From an uncultured Candidatus Entotheonella sp. (GTDB lineage: Bacteria > Tectomicrobia > Entotheonellia > Entotheonellales > Entotheonellaceae): a DNA stretch of 64,000 nucleotides. The stretch is taken from NCBI GenBank assembly GCA_965215335.1, contig CBDCDA010000002.1, forward strand, positions 259,682-323,681. Reading direction: 5' to 3'. Below are positions 26,544 to 36,123 of the stretch, in pieces. The notes beneath the pieces are model-generated. The model saw only the letters and a program-made list of their open reading frames with translations. It was not told the origin of the DNA and ran no database searches. A program made the position numbers and the translations under genes. Every line of letters starts with the position of its first letter. Positions within the stretch are counted from its first letter, which is position 1.

Positions 26544-27566
26544 TCAGCCCGGTCTTTGGCCGTCGGCAAGGCGGACGAGCATTTTGCCCATGTTGTCGCC
26601 GGTAAACAGGCCGATGAACGCCTTGGGGGTGTTTTCCAGGCCGTCGACGACGGTCTCTTCCCACTTGAGCTTGCCGGCTTGAATCCAGGCGGTCATGTCG
26701 GCGTGAAATTGGGGTTGGCGGTCGGGGTGGTCGGAGACGATGAAGCCTTGCAGGGTGAGGCGCTTGCGAACGGCGTGGGTCAGGTTGCCGGGGCCAGGGG
26801 CAGTCTGGTTGTACTGCGAGATCATGCCGCACAGGGCGATGCGGCCGAAGGGGTTCATGTGCTCCAGTGCTGCTTCCAGGTGGGTGCCGCCGACGTTTTC
26901 AAAGTAAACATCGATACCGTTCGGGCACAGCCGCCCGAGTTCTTCAATCAGGGAGGACGCCTCTTTGTAGTTCAAGGCATCGACGCCGGCGACTTCCCGC
27001 AGCCACTGCACCTTGGCTGCCGAGCCGGCGCTGCCCACCACACGACAGCCTTTGATCTTGGCGATCTGGCATACCACCATGCCGACGGCACCGGCGGCGC
27101 CCGACACGAACACCGTTTCGCCTTCCCGCGGTTTGCCGATGTCGAGCAGCCCGACGTAGGCCGTCAGACCCGGCATGCCCAGGGTGCCGAGGTAGGCTTG
27201 CAACGGCACACCTTGTGGCTCGACCTTGGTCAGGTCGCGGCCGGCGGAAACGTAGCACTCGCGCCATCCGGAGCGGCTCGAGACGTAGTCGCCCTCCCGA
27301 AAATCCGCGTTCCCCCGTGACGCAACGACCTGCCCGACGCAGCCGCCCTCAAGCACCTGGCCGACCTGAAACGGCGGCACGTAGCTGGGACGGTCGGCCA
27401 TGCGGCCGCGCATGTAGGGATCGACGGACAAGTAATGGTTCCGCACCAGGACCTCGCCCGCCGCCAGATCGGGAAGCGTCACTTCGACAAGGGCGAAGTC
27501 GTCCTCGGTCGGCAGGCCGACAGGGCGACGTTGGAGATGGATTTCGCGGCTGCAGGTGGCGGTCAT
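26544..27566 (-). CDS. NADP-dependent medium-chain oxidoreductase (YncB/CurA/prostaglandin-reductase-like)
   Basis: 340 aa. GMPGLTAYVGLLDIGKPREGETVFVSGAAGAVG, and the C-terminus GENMGKMLV. Confidence 0.75.
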   Translation of the reverse strand: MTATCSREIHLQRRPVGLPTEDDFALVEVTLPDLAAGEVLVRNHYLSVDPYMRGRMADRPSYVPPFQVGQVLEGGCVGQVVASRGNADFREGDYVSSRSGWRECYVSAGRDLTKVEPQGVPLQAYLGTLGMPGLTAYVGLLDIGKPREGETVFVSGAAGAVGMVVCQIAKIKGCRVVGSAGSAAKVQWLREVAGVDALNYKEASSLIEELGRLCPNGIDVYFENVGGTHLEAALEHMNPFGRIALCGMISQYNQTAPGPGNLTHAVRKRLTLQGFIVSDHPDRQPQFHADMTAWIQAGKLKWEETVVDGLENTPKAFIGLFTGDNMGKMLVRLADGQRPG

Positions 27567-27708
27567 CGGGTCACTCCTCGGGTATTCCGGTTACGAAATG
27601 GTGTGTGTCGAACAGCTGGGTGCACCTCGGCAGGATGCGGCATCTTACGTTACATGTCAGCGGCTCACAAGGGCATTAAACGGCCCTCTGGCAGGCTGAT
27701 TTTAGGAT

Positions 27709-27737
27709 TTGCAGCGGGCATGTCAACGCGCTATAGT
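27709..27737 (+). promoter_or_regulatory. Candidate sigma70-type promoter upstream of the bd-like gene (about 260-nt leader)
   Basis: TTGCAG (27709-27714), 17-nt spacer, TATAGT (27732-27737). The leader contains a perfect 7-bp hairpin GTGCACG-ATTTCC-CGTGCAC (27823-27842). Confidence 0.3.
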
Positions 27738-27999
27738 ATGCTCCGTTCAGTCAATGATCTGCTCCGAACCCCTCCGCACGTTGTCGGTTGCTGTCCGAGT
27801 AGCCTGCCGGCCTCGACGCTCAGGTGCACGATTTCCCGTGCACCAAGGTAACGCCCGCGAGCTAGGGTCTGCGAGCAGTACGAGCAGTAGTAGAAAGTTG
27901 ATGACACTCCTCAACAATCAAGCGGCGCAAGGCACGGCCAAGACGCACCGGCGGCTCGCAAGTCCACGGAGGTTTCCGTCGGAATGGAGATTTGAGGTT

Positions 28000-30213
28000 A
28001 TGAGACGTTACCGAGCCAACAACGCACAAGAGCAGGCGGCAACGCGCCGCTCCTTGGCTCTGGCGTTTCTTGTGAGTCTGTTGCTACTCGGTGTCGGCGC
28101 CGAAATGGTCCAGGCGGTGGAGGTGCCGCTGCCGACCAAGGAAGACATGGTTTACGGCGATTTCCCGGTCGTCGGGCGCCGCGTCGCGGTTTGGGTGATC
28201 GCGCAGTTGCACCTGATGTTCGGCGCCTTTGTGGTCGGCGTGCCGCTATTCATCTTGATCATTGAAATCTTGGGCGCCGCGACGAAGAACCAGCGGTACG
28301 ACGACCTGGCGCACGAGTTCACCCGCCTGCTCAGCGTCTCCTTTTCCACCACCGCCATCTTCGGCGGCATCCTGGTGTTCTTCCTGATTGGCCTCTACCC
28401 CACCTTCATGAATTTCCTGGCCAGTATCTTCTTCCCCTCCATGGTGGTCTACGTCTTCCTGTTCTTCGGCGAAAGCTTCAGCATGTACCTTTACTACTTC
28501 GGCTGGGACAGCCTGAAGGGCACGACACGCAGCGTCGGGGCGGTAATCGGCACGTCGGTCCTGAGCGTGCTGGTTCTGTATCCGGGGCTATTGCTGCTGC
28601 TGGCGCTTCCGTCCCTGTTCACGGGCGGCGGCTGGGCGGTGAGCTTCCCGGTGTCATACGGACTGGCCGGGGTGCTGTTCGTCGCACTGCTGGTGCATGG
28701 GTTGCGACCGGGCAAGAGCAGTTTTGTCCAGAGCCGCAAATGGATGCACATCTGCTTCGGTATCCTGCTGAACTACTTTGGCCTGATTCTTATGATGATT
28801 TCCAACTCGTGGGCGACGTTCATGACGTCGCCGTCGGGGATCAACCTGGACACCGGGGTGTTCCAGGGCACGACTTGGGACGCGATGCGCAACTTCACGT
28901 GGATGCCGGTCAACCTGCATCGGTTCATTGCCAACATCGCCTTTGGTGGTTCGGTGGTGGCGGCGTACGCGGCCTTTCGGTTTCTGTCGGCGGCCCGCAA
29001 TTCCCCCGAGCGGGCGCACTATGACTGGATGGGATACATCGGCAATTTCATCGCCCTGATCGGGCTGATCCCGCTACCCTTCGCGGGCTACTGGCTGGGC
29101 CGGGAAATCTATGGCTACGACCAGCAGCTCGGCATCACCATGATGGGCGGCATCTTTTCCTGGTTGTTCATCCTGCAGGCGGTGCTGATCGGCGCATTGT
29201 TCCTGGGCGCCAACTACTACCTGTGGCTGGGCATGGAACGCATCCCGGGTTCGGAACGTTACCGCAAGTTTACGCCCGTCATGCTCGGCGTGCTGACGGT
29301 GTGCTTCCTGGTATGGCTGACGCCGCACAGCCTCGTGGCCAGCCTGGAAGAGGCCCGCAAGATGGGCGGCGCGCACCACCCGATGCTCGGCGTCTTCGGA
29401 GTCATGTCGGCCAAGAACACCGTCGTCAATCTGATGATTCTCACTACGTTCCTGAGTTTCCTGCTGTATCGCCGCGGCAACAAGGGTGATCGGCTGCCCT
29501 TTGCCCGGCAAAGTGGCGCGTCGAAAGTCACGCTCATGGTCATCGCGGCCTTGGGGATCGTCCTCATGTGGCAGCTCAATGCGCCGCTGGCCGACCCGGC
29601 TCTGATGACCGGGCGTCTGGTGCTGTGGGCTTTCGAGGCCCTGACAGTGATTGCCGCGGTGGCCCTCACCCTGAGCGACCGCGGCACCTTGGGGCAGGCG
29701 CTGCTCTTTGCCATGTCGGCGGTAGTGGTGGTGTTCTACGGGGTTTACGGATACTACGTTGAAGCCATCGTGCGCATCGGCTTTTCCATCCTGCAGGTGT
29801 CCTCGGTGCTGCTGGTGCTGGTGGTGGGTACGACCATCGACATCGTGATCTTCCGCGGCGCGCCACTCGTCGGCGAAATCAATTGGGGCCGGATTCCCGA
29901 GCGGGCGCAATACGTCCTGTTCCTGCTCGCCACGTCCTTCACTTGGCTCATGGGCCTGATGGGCTACGCACGTTCGGGCTTGCGTACGCACTGGCATATT
30001 TTCAATGTGATGCGGGACTATTCGTCGGATGCCTTTACCCCGACGCTGGGTTATGCCTGCGGGGTGATCTCGATCATCGTGCTGGTGTTTCTGCTCTTGG
30101 TGAGTTTCATTTTCTGGCTGGCCCATATGGGCTCGGTGGGACACGCGCAGGAGGAAGCGGTGCTACACGGGGGCGCGTCCCCGGTTCTGCAACCCGGTGG
30201 CGGCGCAGACTAG
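28000..30213 (+). CDS. Cytochrome bd subunit-I-like (CydA-like, bd-like oxidase) polytopic membrane protein, 737 aa, no CydB partner
   Basis: ATG 28000 after GGAGATTTGAGG; the 97 upstream codons of the track ORF are discarded. First helix VIAQLHLMFGAFVVGVPLF resembles CydA helix 1 with its heme-ligand His. Further conserved-looking His are in WMHICFGILLN and PVNLHRFIANIAFGG. By eye there are more than 14 hydrophobic segments. Confidence 0.6.
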   Translation: MRRYRANNAQEQAATRRSLALAFLVSLLLLGVGAEMVQAVEVPLPTKEDMVYGDFPVVGRRVAVWVIAQLHLMFGAFVVGVPLFILIIEILGAATKNQRYDDLAHEFTRLLSVSFSTTAIFGGILVFFLIGLYPTFMNFLASIFFPSMVVYVFLFFGESFSMYLYYFGWDSLKGTTRSVGAVIGTSVLSVLVLYPGLLLLLALPSLFTGGGWAVSFPVSYGLAGVLFVALLVHGLRPGKSSFVQSRKWMHICFGILLNYFGLILMMISNSWATFMTSPSGINLDTGVFQGTTWDAMRNFTWMPVNLHRFIANIAFGGSVVAAYAAFRFLSAARNSPERAHYDWMGYIGNFIALIGLIPLPFAGYWLGREIYGYDQQLGITMMGGIFSWLFILQAVLIGALFLGANYYLWLGMERIPGSERYRKFTPVMLGVLTVCFLVWLTPHSLVASLEEARKMGGAHHPMLGVFGVMSAKNTVVNLMILTTFLSFLLYRRGNKGDRLPFARQSGASKVTLMVIAALGIVLMWQLNAPLADPALMTGRLVLWAFEALTVIAAVALTLSDRGTLGQALLFAMSAVVVVFYGVYGYYVEAIVRIGFSILQVSSVLLVLVVGTTIDIVIFRGAPLVGEINWGRIPERAQYVLFLLATSFTWLMGLMGYARSGLRTHWHIFNVMRDYSSDAFTPTLGYACGVISIIVLVFLLLVSFIFWLAHMGSVGHAQEEAVLHGGASPVLQPGGGAD

Positions 30214-30225
30214 GAAAGCGGCGAC

Positions 30226-31062
30226 ATGTTGACATTTCTGAAGGTTTTGGCGTTTAACGGCCTGGTCATCCTGTTCTTCTGGTACGTCGGTAACAGCATT
30301 CCGCAGCAGCGCAAAGACCCGCCCAAGGAGTCCGACCTGACGGCGGACATGACGCCCGAAGCATTCGTGGCGGCCGGGCAGGATATCTTCTACGGCAAGG
30401 GCACCTGCGCGCTGTGCCACACGATCGGCGAAAAGGGCGAGCGTTGCCCGAATCTGGCCGGTATCGGCGAGCTGGCCGACGTGCGGGTGCAGGAGGCCGG
30501 TTACCAGGGCGATGCGAGCAACGGCCCGGAGTACGTGGTGGAGTCGTTGCACAACCCGGCGGTGTACGTGGTTGACGGCTACCAGCCCACCATGCCGGCT
30601 CTGGGGCGCCAGTTGAACGATCTCGAAATGGTTGCTGTGGTTGCCTTCTTGCAGTCGCTCGGCGGTGACGTGACCGTAACGGGCGAGACGCGGTTTCCCA
30701 AGTATCGCGGGGAGGGCGATTCGGCGGTTGCGGCGGCGCCGGCCGCCGAGACGGCGCCGGCCGCGGTTGCGGCGGCGGGCGGCACGGGCCCGGAACTGGC
30801 GGCGCAATGGGGCTGCATCGCCTGTCACAGCTTGGACGCGCCGGTTCGCCTGGTGGGTCCCAGCCTGTGGGACATCGGGGTGCGTCAGGACGAGAATTTC
30901 ATTCGCGAATCCATCCTCGAGCCGGACGCCGTGATCGCGGAAGGCTTCCCGCCGGCGCTGATGAAATTGACGCTGGACGGCACGGGCTTTTACCAAAAGC
31001 TGGCGATACAGGACCTCAACACGCTGGTGGATTACCTGGCGTCGCTCAAGGGTGGCGAATAG
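30226..31062 (+). CDS. Membrane-anchored dihaem c-type cytochrome
   Basis: 278 aa. N-terminal TM helix, two CxxCH motifs (CALCH, CIACH) separated by an Ala/Pro-rich linker. Confidence 0.8.
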   Translation: MLTFLKVLAFNGLVILFFWYVGNSIPQQRKDPPKESDLTADMTPEAFVAAGQDIFYGKGTCALCHTIGEKGERCPNLAGIGELADVRVQEAGYQGDASNGPEYVVESLHNPAVYVVDGYQPTMPALGRQLNDLEMVAVVAFLQSLGGDVTVTGETRFPKYRGEGDSAVAAAPAAETAPAAVAAAGGTGPELAAQWGCIACHSLDAPVRLVGPSLWDIGVRQDENFIRESILEPDAVIAEGFPPALMKLTLDGTGFYQKLAIQDLNTLVDYLASLKGGE

Positions 31063-31100
31063 GCCCGGCCGCCGGGTTTCGGTGCGGAATTGGAGCAACC

Positions 31101-31880
31101 ATGAGACTGTCCATTCATCTTAAATCCCTGCTCACCCTGCTCGTGGCGATTTTTGTTTTCAGCGTCGTGGTGCCCTTCGTTTCCGCACCGATTCCCGGTC
31201 AGCTTTACGGCTGGTACGTGATCACGACGTTGTGCGTGATTTTCCTCTACGTCTCGTCCAGCGAGGTGTCGTGGGAAGAGTTCATCGTACCGGTTCGGCA
31301 TCTCCTGCTGGCCCGTACGGCCCTCATGAAGCCACTGCGCATCGTCGTGTTCATTGCCGTGCCGCTGTTGTGCGGCTGGTATTTTTCCACCTGGGCGGCG
31401 GGCGGCGCCACGCCGCCGGGCGGCCTGCGGGTCATTCACCCGACGCCTCCCTCATCGGTCAATTTCCAGGGCAAACGGCTGGTGCTGCAGGATATTTCGA
31501 TCAGCCCCATTCGCGAGGACGAGGCGCATCTCGCCGAGCACATCGAGAAGGGCCGCATTATCTATTACGAAAATTGCTTCTTCTGCCACGGTGACGCCCT
31601 GGATGGCAAGGGGCACTTCGCCAATGGGTTCAACCCGCCGCCGGCGGATTTTCAGGCCAGCGGGACGATTGCGCAGTTGTCGGAGTCCTACCTGTTCTGG
31701 CGTATTGCCAAGGGCGGGCCGGGATTGCCGGGTGAGTCGGCACCGTGGGATTCGGCCATGCCGGTTTGGGAGGACTTTCTCACGGAAGAGGAAATCTGGC
31801 AGGTCATTGCTTACTTGTATGACACCACGGGACACGAGCCGCGCGTCATGGACCACGGCGAAGGTGGTGGCGGACACTAG
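31101..31880 (+). CDS. Membrane-anchored (about 3 TM) monohaem c-type cytochrome with His/Gly-rich tail
   Basis: ATG 31101 after GGAGCAACC. CFFCH, then YLFWRIAKGGPG...MPVWEDFLTEEEIWQVIAYL (class I cytochrome c fold). Confidence 0.75.
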   Translation: MRLSIHLKSLLTLLVAIFVFSVVVPFVSAPIPGQLYGWYVITTLCVIFLYVSSSEVSWEEFIVPVRHLLLARTALMKPLRIVVFIAVPLLCGWYFSTWAAGGATPPGGLRVIHPTPPSSVNFQGKRLVLQDISISPIREDEAHLAEHIEKGRIIYYENCFFCHGDALDGKGHFANGFNPPPADFQASGTIAQLSESYLFWRIAKGGPGLPGESAPWDSAMPVWEDFLTEEEIWQVIAYLYDTTGHEPRVMDHGEGGGGH

Positions 31881-31895
31881 GTACGGGGAGCGACG

Positions 31896-33515
31896 GTGAG
31901 CGAGCAACGGAAAGCACGGGGTCGAAGCGTGAGGGCGCTGGCATGCTGCATGGGCGTGGGGCTATGGCTGTCGATAGCGCTGTTCGGCACCCCCCCTGTA
32001 AACGCCCAACCCACGGCAGCGGATCTCGAAGCCGGCGAGCAGCTATACCTCCAGTACTGTGCGCACTGCCACGGCGTGGAAGGCGACGGGGTAGGGGCTT
32101 CGACGGATGTCGTCTATCCCAAGCCGCGTGACTTCACCTCCGGCGTCTACAAGTTCCGTACCCGCCATGAAACCGAGGACGGTAATTGGTTGGCCGCCGA
32201 CTCTGACATCGCCCGCAGCATCCGCGAGGGCTTGCACGGCTCGTCCATGCCGGGCTGGGAAACGGTTCTGACCGGCCGGCAGATCGACCAGTTGGTGCAT
32301 TACATCAAGACGTTTGCCGAGGTGTTCGAGGAAGACACGCCGGGGCTGGAACTCAGTTTCGCCAACGAGATTCCGTGGTCGCCGGAAAGCATTGCCAAGG
32401 GCAAGGAGATTTTCGAAGCCGTCTTTGAATGCCACACCTGCCACGGAACGGACGGCCGCGGCAACGGCCAGCAGGCCCTCGACGGCCTGGAAGATGACTG
32501 GGGCTATCGCATCTGGCCGGCCAATCTGACCAAGCCCTGGACGTACCGTGGCGGCAGCGGGCGGCGTGACATCTTCCGTAACATCTCCTTGGGCATTGCG
32601 GGCACGCCCATGCCGCCTTTTGCCGACCCTGATCCGATGGCCGAGGCCCTCGAGACGGACGACCCGGAAGAGAAACAGGAGATCGAGGCGCTGGCGCGCG
32701 AGTTGCGAGAAAGCATCTGGCACACCGTGAATTACGTCCAATCGCTGTGGACCTATCCGCAGGAGCCCGAAGTCAGGGCGTCGCTGACGGCCAGGCGGGT
32801 CGACGGTGCGCTGCCCTCGAATCCCGATGACGCGGCGTGGCAGGCGGCGGCGATCAACTACTACCCGCTGGTCGGTCAGGTCGTCCAGGAGCCGCGGCTG
32901 TTTGCGCCCATGACCGTCGGCGTGGAAGTCCAGGCGCTGCACAACGGCGAGGAAGTTGCCTTCCGGCTGGTCTGGGACGACCGTACCGAGAGCGCGCCGG
33001 GCGAGAGCGACGAGACGGAGACCTACGTGGACGCCATCGCCCTGCAGTTCTCTTCCGAGCCGCTGTCCGGCATGGAGAAGCCGTACTTCCTCATGGGCGA
33101 CGCCTCCTATCCGACCGACCTGTGGTATTGGCGCAACGACCCTGGCGATGCGGTGCTGATTCAAACCCAGGGCGCCGGGACGTTCCAGGTTGGTGATACC
33201 ACCGGCGGGCTGGTCAGCCAGGGGCAGTTCGACAACGGGCAATACCGCGTAGTGATCAAGCGGGCTTTGCAGACGGAGCAAGCTGATACGGAAGTCCAGT
33301 TTCCGATCGGCGCCTTCATCCCGTTCAGCGTAACGGGATGGGACGGCTCGAACGGCGAGGCCGGCGGCTACCAGCGAACGGTGATGGCTTGGTACAACCT
33401 GTACCTGGAGCCGGAGCCTTCGAAGGCGCCAATCTATCTTTTGCTGGCCGGCATTGGCTTTGGATTGATCGTGGAATTCTCGGCGCTGTATGTGACACGG
33501 AAAAATCACGGCTGA
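31896..33515 (+). CDS. Dihaem cytochrome c fused to an EB_dh/DOMON-type haem-b domain, with C-terminal TM anchor (NxrC/EbdC-like)
   Basis: GTG start. Signal peptide, CAHCH and CHTCH, then VDAIALQFSSEPLSGMEKPYFLMGD...DLWYWRND and ...FSVTGWDGSNGE, ending in the hydrophobic helix IYLLLAGIGFGLIVEFSALYV. Confidence 0.65.
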   Translation: MSEQRKARGRSVRALACCMGVGLWLSIALFGTPPVNAQPTAADLEAGEQLYLQYCAHCHGVEGDGVGASTDVVYPKPRDFTSGVYKFRTRHETEDGNWLAADSDIARSIREGLHGSSMPGWETVLTGRQIDQLVHYIKTFAEVFEEDTPGLELSFANEIPWSPESIAKGKEIFEAVFECHTCHGTDGRGNGQQALDGLEDDWGYRIWPANLTKPWTYRGGSGRRDIFRNISLGIAGTPMPPFADPDPMAEALETDDPEEKQEIEALARELRESIWHTVNYVQSLWTYPQEPEVRASLTARRVDGALPSNPDDAAWQAAAINYYPLVGQVVQEPRLFAPMTVGVEVQALHNGEEVAFRLVWDDRTESAPGESDETETYVDAIALQFSSEPLSGMEKPYFLMGDASYPTDLWYWRNDPGDAVLIQTQGAGTFQVGDTTGGLVSQGQFDNGQYRVVIKRALQTEQADTEVQFPIGAFIPFSVTGWDGSNGEAGGYQRTVMAWYNLYLEPEPSKAPIYLLLAGIGFGLIVEFSALYVTRKNHG

Positions 33516-33541
33516 CCCTGTGAGACACCGGAGGGAAATGG

Positions 33542-34312
33542 ATGCTTGAGCAGCTTATCGATCTTATGAACCGGCTGAACGTCAATATGTTGGGTTGGCT
33601 GCCGGAGGCCGCCTCGACGTACGCGCAGGCAATCGACGAGGTCTTCTACATTATCTATATCATCACCGGGCTGGCGTTCCTGCTGGTGACGGTGCTGATG
33701 TTCTGGTTTCTTCTCCAGTTCAAGGCCCGGCCCGGCCGCAGGGCGCGTTATTCGCACGGCAACGTGGCCCTGGAGTTGATATGGACCATCGTCCCGACCC
33801 TCGTGTTCCTGGGCATCTTCTTCTACAGCCAGTCCACGTGGTCCATCATCAAGTACCCCTCCGCGTTTCCCGAATTCGACGTACAAGTACGGGTCGTCGC
33901 CAAGCAGTTTGCCTGGGAGTTTCATTACCCCGGCCCGGACGGCGAATTCGACACCGGTGACGACAAGATGTTCGACGGTGACATGGTCGTGCCGGTGAAC
34001 CAGATCGTAGGGCTGACGCTGCGTGGTTCGGATGTGATTCACAGCTTTTTCGTGCCGGAGTTTCGCTTCAAGCAGGACATCTTGCCGCGCCGGGACATCC
34101 CGGCGTGGTTCAACGCCACCCGGACCGGACGCTTCGAAGCGCCCTGCGCCGAGTTGTGCGGTCCGGGGCATTCAGGCATGAAGGGATGGGTGAACGTCTA
34201 CGACGCTGCCGAGTATCAGGCTTGGGTTGCCGAGCAGTGGCCGGCGCTCGTGGATACCGGTGCGGAGGAAATGGACCAAGGGGACAGTGACCAGGCCGAT
34301 ACCGTGCAATAG
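33542..34312 (+). CDS. coxB: Cytochrome c oxidase subunit II (CuA)
   Basis: 256 aa, two N-terminal TM helices, CuA motif HSFFVPEF...CAELCGPGHSGM. Confidence 0.9.
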   Translation: MLEQLIDLMNRLNVNMLGWLPEAASTYAQAIDEVFYIIYIITGLAFLLVTVLMFWFLLQFKARPGRRARYSHGNVALELIWTIVPTLVFLGIFFYSQSTWSIIKYPSAFPEFDVQVRVVAKQFAWEFHYPGPDGEFDTGDDKMFDGDMVVPVNQIVGLTLRGSDVIHSFFVPEFRFKQDILPRRDIPAWFNATRTGRFEAPCAELCGPGHSGMKGWVNVYDAAEYQAWVAEQWPALVDTGAEEMDQGDSDQADTVQ

Positions 34313-34341
34313 CGTTTTCGCACTTGTTGAAGGGGAGAATC

Positions 34342-36123
34342 ATGAGTGAATCCAGCGTCGTTACGCACGCCGGGCATCACCGAGAGGGTTTTGTAAAGCA
34401 TTATCTGTTCTCGCTCGATCACAAGATGATCGGTCGTCAGTTTCTCTTCACCGGCCTGTTCATGCTGGTCATCGGCGGGCTGCTGGCCATGATGGTCCGC
34501 TGGCAGCTTGGTTATCCGGAAGAGCCGTTGCCCTTCATGGGCGGTTTCTCGGAGGACTTCTGGGATGGTGATTCGTGGTGGGCGCAGACCGCTCCCTTCG
34601 GGATCGTGACGTCCGAGTTCTACAACACGCTATTCACCATGCACGCCACCATCATGATCTTCTTCGTGGTCATGCCGATCATGGTCGGCGGCTTCGGCAA
34701 CTTCCTCATCCCTATCTGCATTGGCGCCAAGGACATGGCGTTCCCGACGCTGAACATGCTGTCGTACTGGACCTTCGTGCCCGGCGTCCTGCTGATGCTG
34801 CTGTCGTTCTTCGTGCCTGGCGGCGCGGCTGGTGGCGGCTGGACCAATTACGCCCCCCTGTCGGCGGTGCCGGATTACGCCGGCGTTGAGGGACACTGGG
34901 GCGTCACGCTATGGTGCATCAGCCTGTTCATCATCAGCTTCTCCTCCCTGATGGGCTCCATCAACTACATCACCACCATCATCAACATGCGGGCGCCGGG
35001 CATGACCCTGTTCCGCATGCCGCTGACCATCTGGTCCCTGTTCATCGTCGCCGTCCTGTTGCTGCTGGCCCTGCCGGTGCTGACCTCGGCGCTGGCCATG
35101 ATGGTCTTCGACCGCATGTTCGGCACGCACTTCTTCATCCCCGACGGCGGGGGCGAGCCGTTGCTGTGGCAGCACCTGTTCTGGTTCTTCGGCCATCCCG
35201 AGGTGTACGTCCTGGTGTTGCCCGCCATGGGCGTGACCTCCGACGTGCTGGCCGTGTTCGCCCGCAAGCCGATCTTCGGCTACCGCGCCATGGTCTACTC
35301 GATGTGCGCCATTGCCTTTCTGTCGTGGGTCGTCTGGGGCCATCACATGTTCCAGAGCGGCATGGACCCGGTTCTCGGCACGGCCTTCACGCTGACCACC
35401 ATGCTGATCGCGGTGCCGTCGGCGATCAAGACGTTCAACTGGCTCGGTACCCTGTGGGGCAGTTCGATCCGGTTTACCACGCCCATGTGGTTCGCCCTGG
35501 GATTCGTGTCGTTGTTCACCATCGGCGGGCTCAGCGGCATCTTCATGGCGTCGACGCCGGTGGACATTTTCATCCACGACACCTACTACATCGTGGCCCA
35601 CATCCATTACGTGGTGGCCGGGATCATTTTCGGCATCTTTGCCGGGTTGTACTTCTGGTTTCCGAAAATGTTCGGGCGCATGATGAGCGAGGCCCTGGGC
35701 AAGCTGCACTTCCTGCTGACCTTCGTGTTTTTCAACCTCACCTTCTTCCCCATGCACTTCCTCGGTGTGGGCGGCCACATGCGGCGCATTTACAACCCGG
35801 AGCAGTATGAATTTCTGCAGCCGTGGCAGGAGATGAACACGTTCATCACGATGATGGCGCTTTGCCTGGGCGCCTCGCAGATTTTCTTCGTCATCAACTT
35901 TATCGGCTCCCTGATGTGGGGCCGGCGTGCCGAAGCCAACCCCTGGGAGGCCAACACGCTGGAGTGGGATGCGCCCTCGCCGCCGCCACACGGAAATTTC
36001 TTCGAGGATCCGGTGGTGTACCGCGGCGCCTACGAATACAGTTCACCTGAGGTCGAAGAGGATTGGTTGCCGCAAAGCGTGCGTTTGGAGCCGGTGGCAG
36101 CCGAGCCGGAGGGTCGCCGTTAG
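34342..36123 (+). CDS. coxA: Cytochrome c oxidase subunit I, A1-type haem-copper oxidase
   Basis: ATG 34342 after GGGGAG. WFFGHPEVYVLVLP (CuB His, cross-linked Tyr, D-channel Glu), WGHHMF, HDTYYIVAHIHYV. Confidence 0.95.
   Translation: MSESSVVTHAGHHREGFVKHYLFSLDHKMIGRQFLFTGLFMLVIGGLLAMMVRWQLGYPEEPLPFMGGFSEDFWDGDSWWAQTAPFGIVTSEFYNTLFTMHATIMIFFVVMPIMVGGFGNFLIPICIGAKDMAFPTLNMLSYWTFVPGVLLMLLSFFVPGGAAGGGWTNYAPLSAVPDYAGVEGHWGVTLWCISLFIISFSSLMGSINYITTIINMRAPGMTLFRMPLTIWSLFIVAVLLLLALPVLTSALAMMVFDRMFGTHFFIPDGGGEPLLWQHLFWFFGHPEVYVLVLPAMGVTSDVLAVFARKPIFGYRAMVYSMCAIAFLSWVVWGHHMFQSGMDPVLGTAFTLTTMLIAVPSAIKTFNWLGTLWGSSIRFTTPMWFALGFVSLFTIGGLSGIFMASTPVDIFIHDTYYIVAHIHYVVAGIIFGIFAGLYFWFPKMFGRMMSEALGKLHFLLTFVFFNLTFFPMHFLGVGGHMRRIYNPEQYEFLQPWQEMNTFITMMALCLGASQIFFVINFIGSLMWGRRAEANPWEANTLEWDAPSPPPHGNFFEDPVVYRGAYEYSSPEVEEDWLPQSVRLEPVAAEPEGRR

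Noticed and set aside
27709-27999. N-terminal 97-codon extension of the bd-like ORF
   Set aside because: The extension is not hydrophobic or signal-like and contains the candidate promoter. A good Shine-Dalgarno sequence (GGAG) precedes ATG 28000, and the protein-like sequence begins there.
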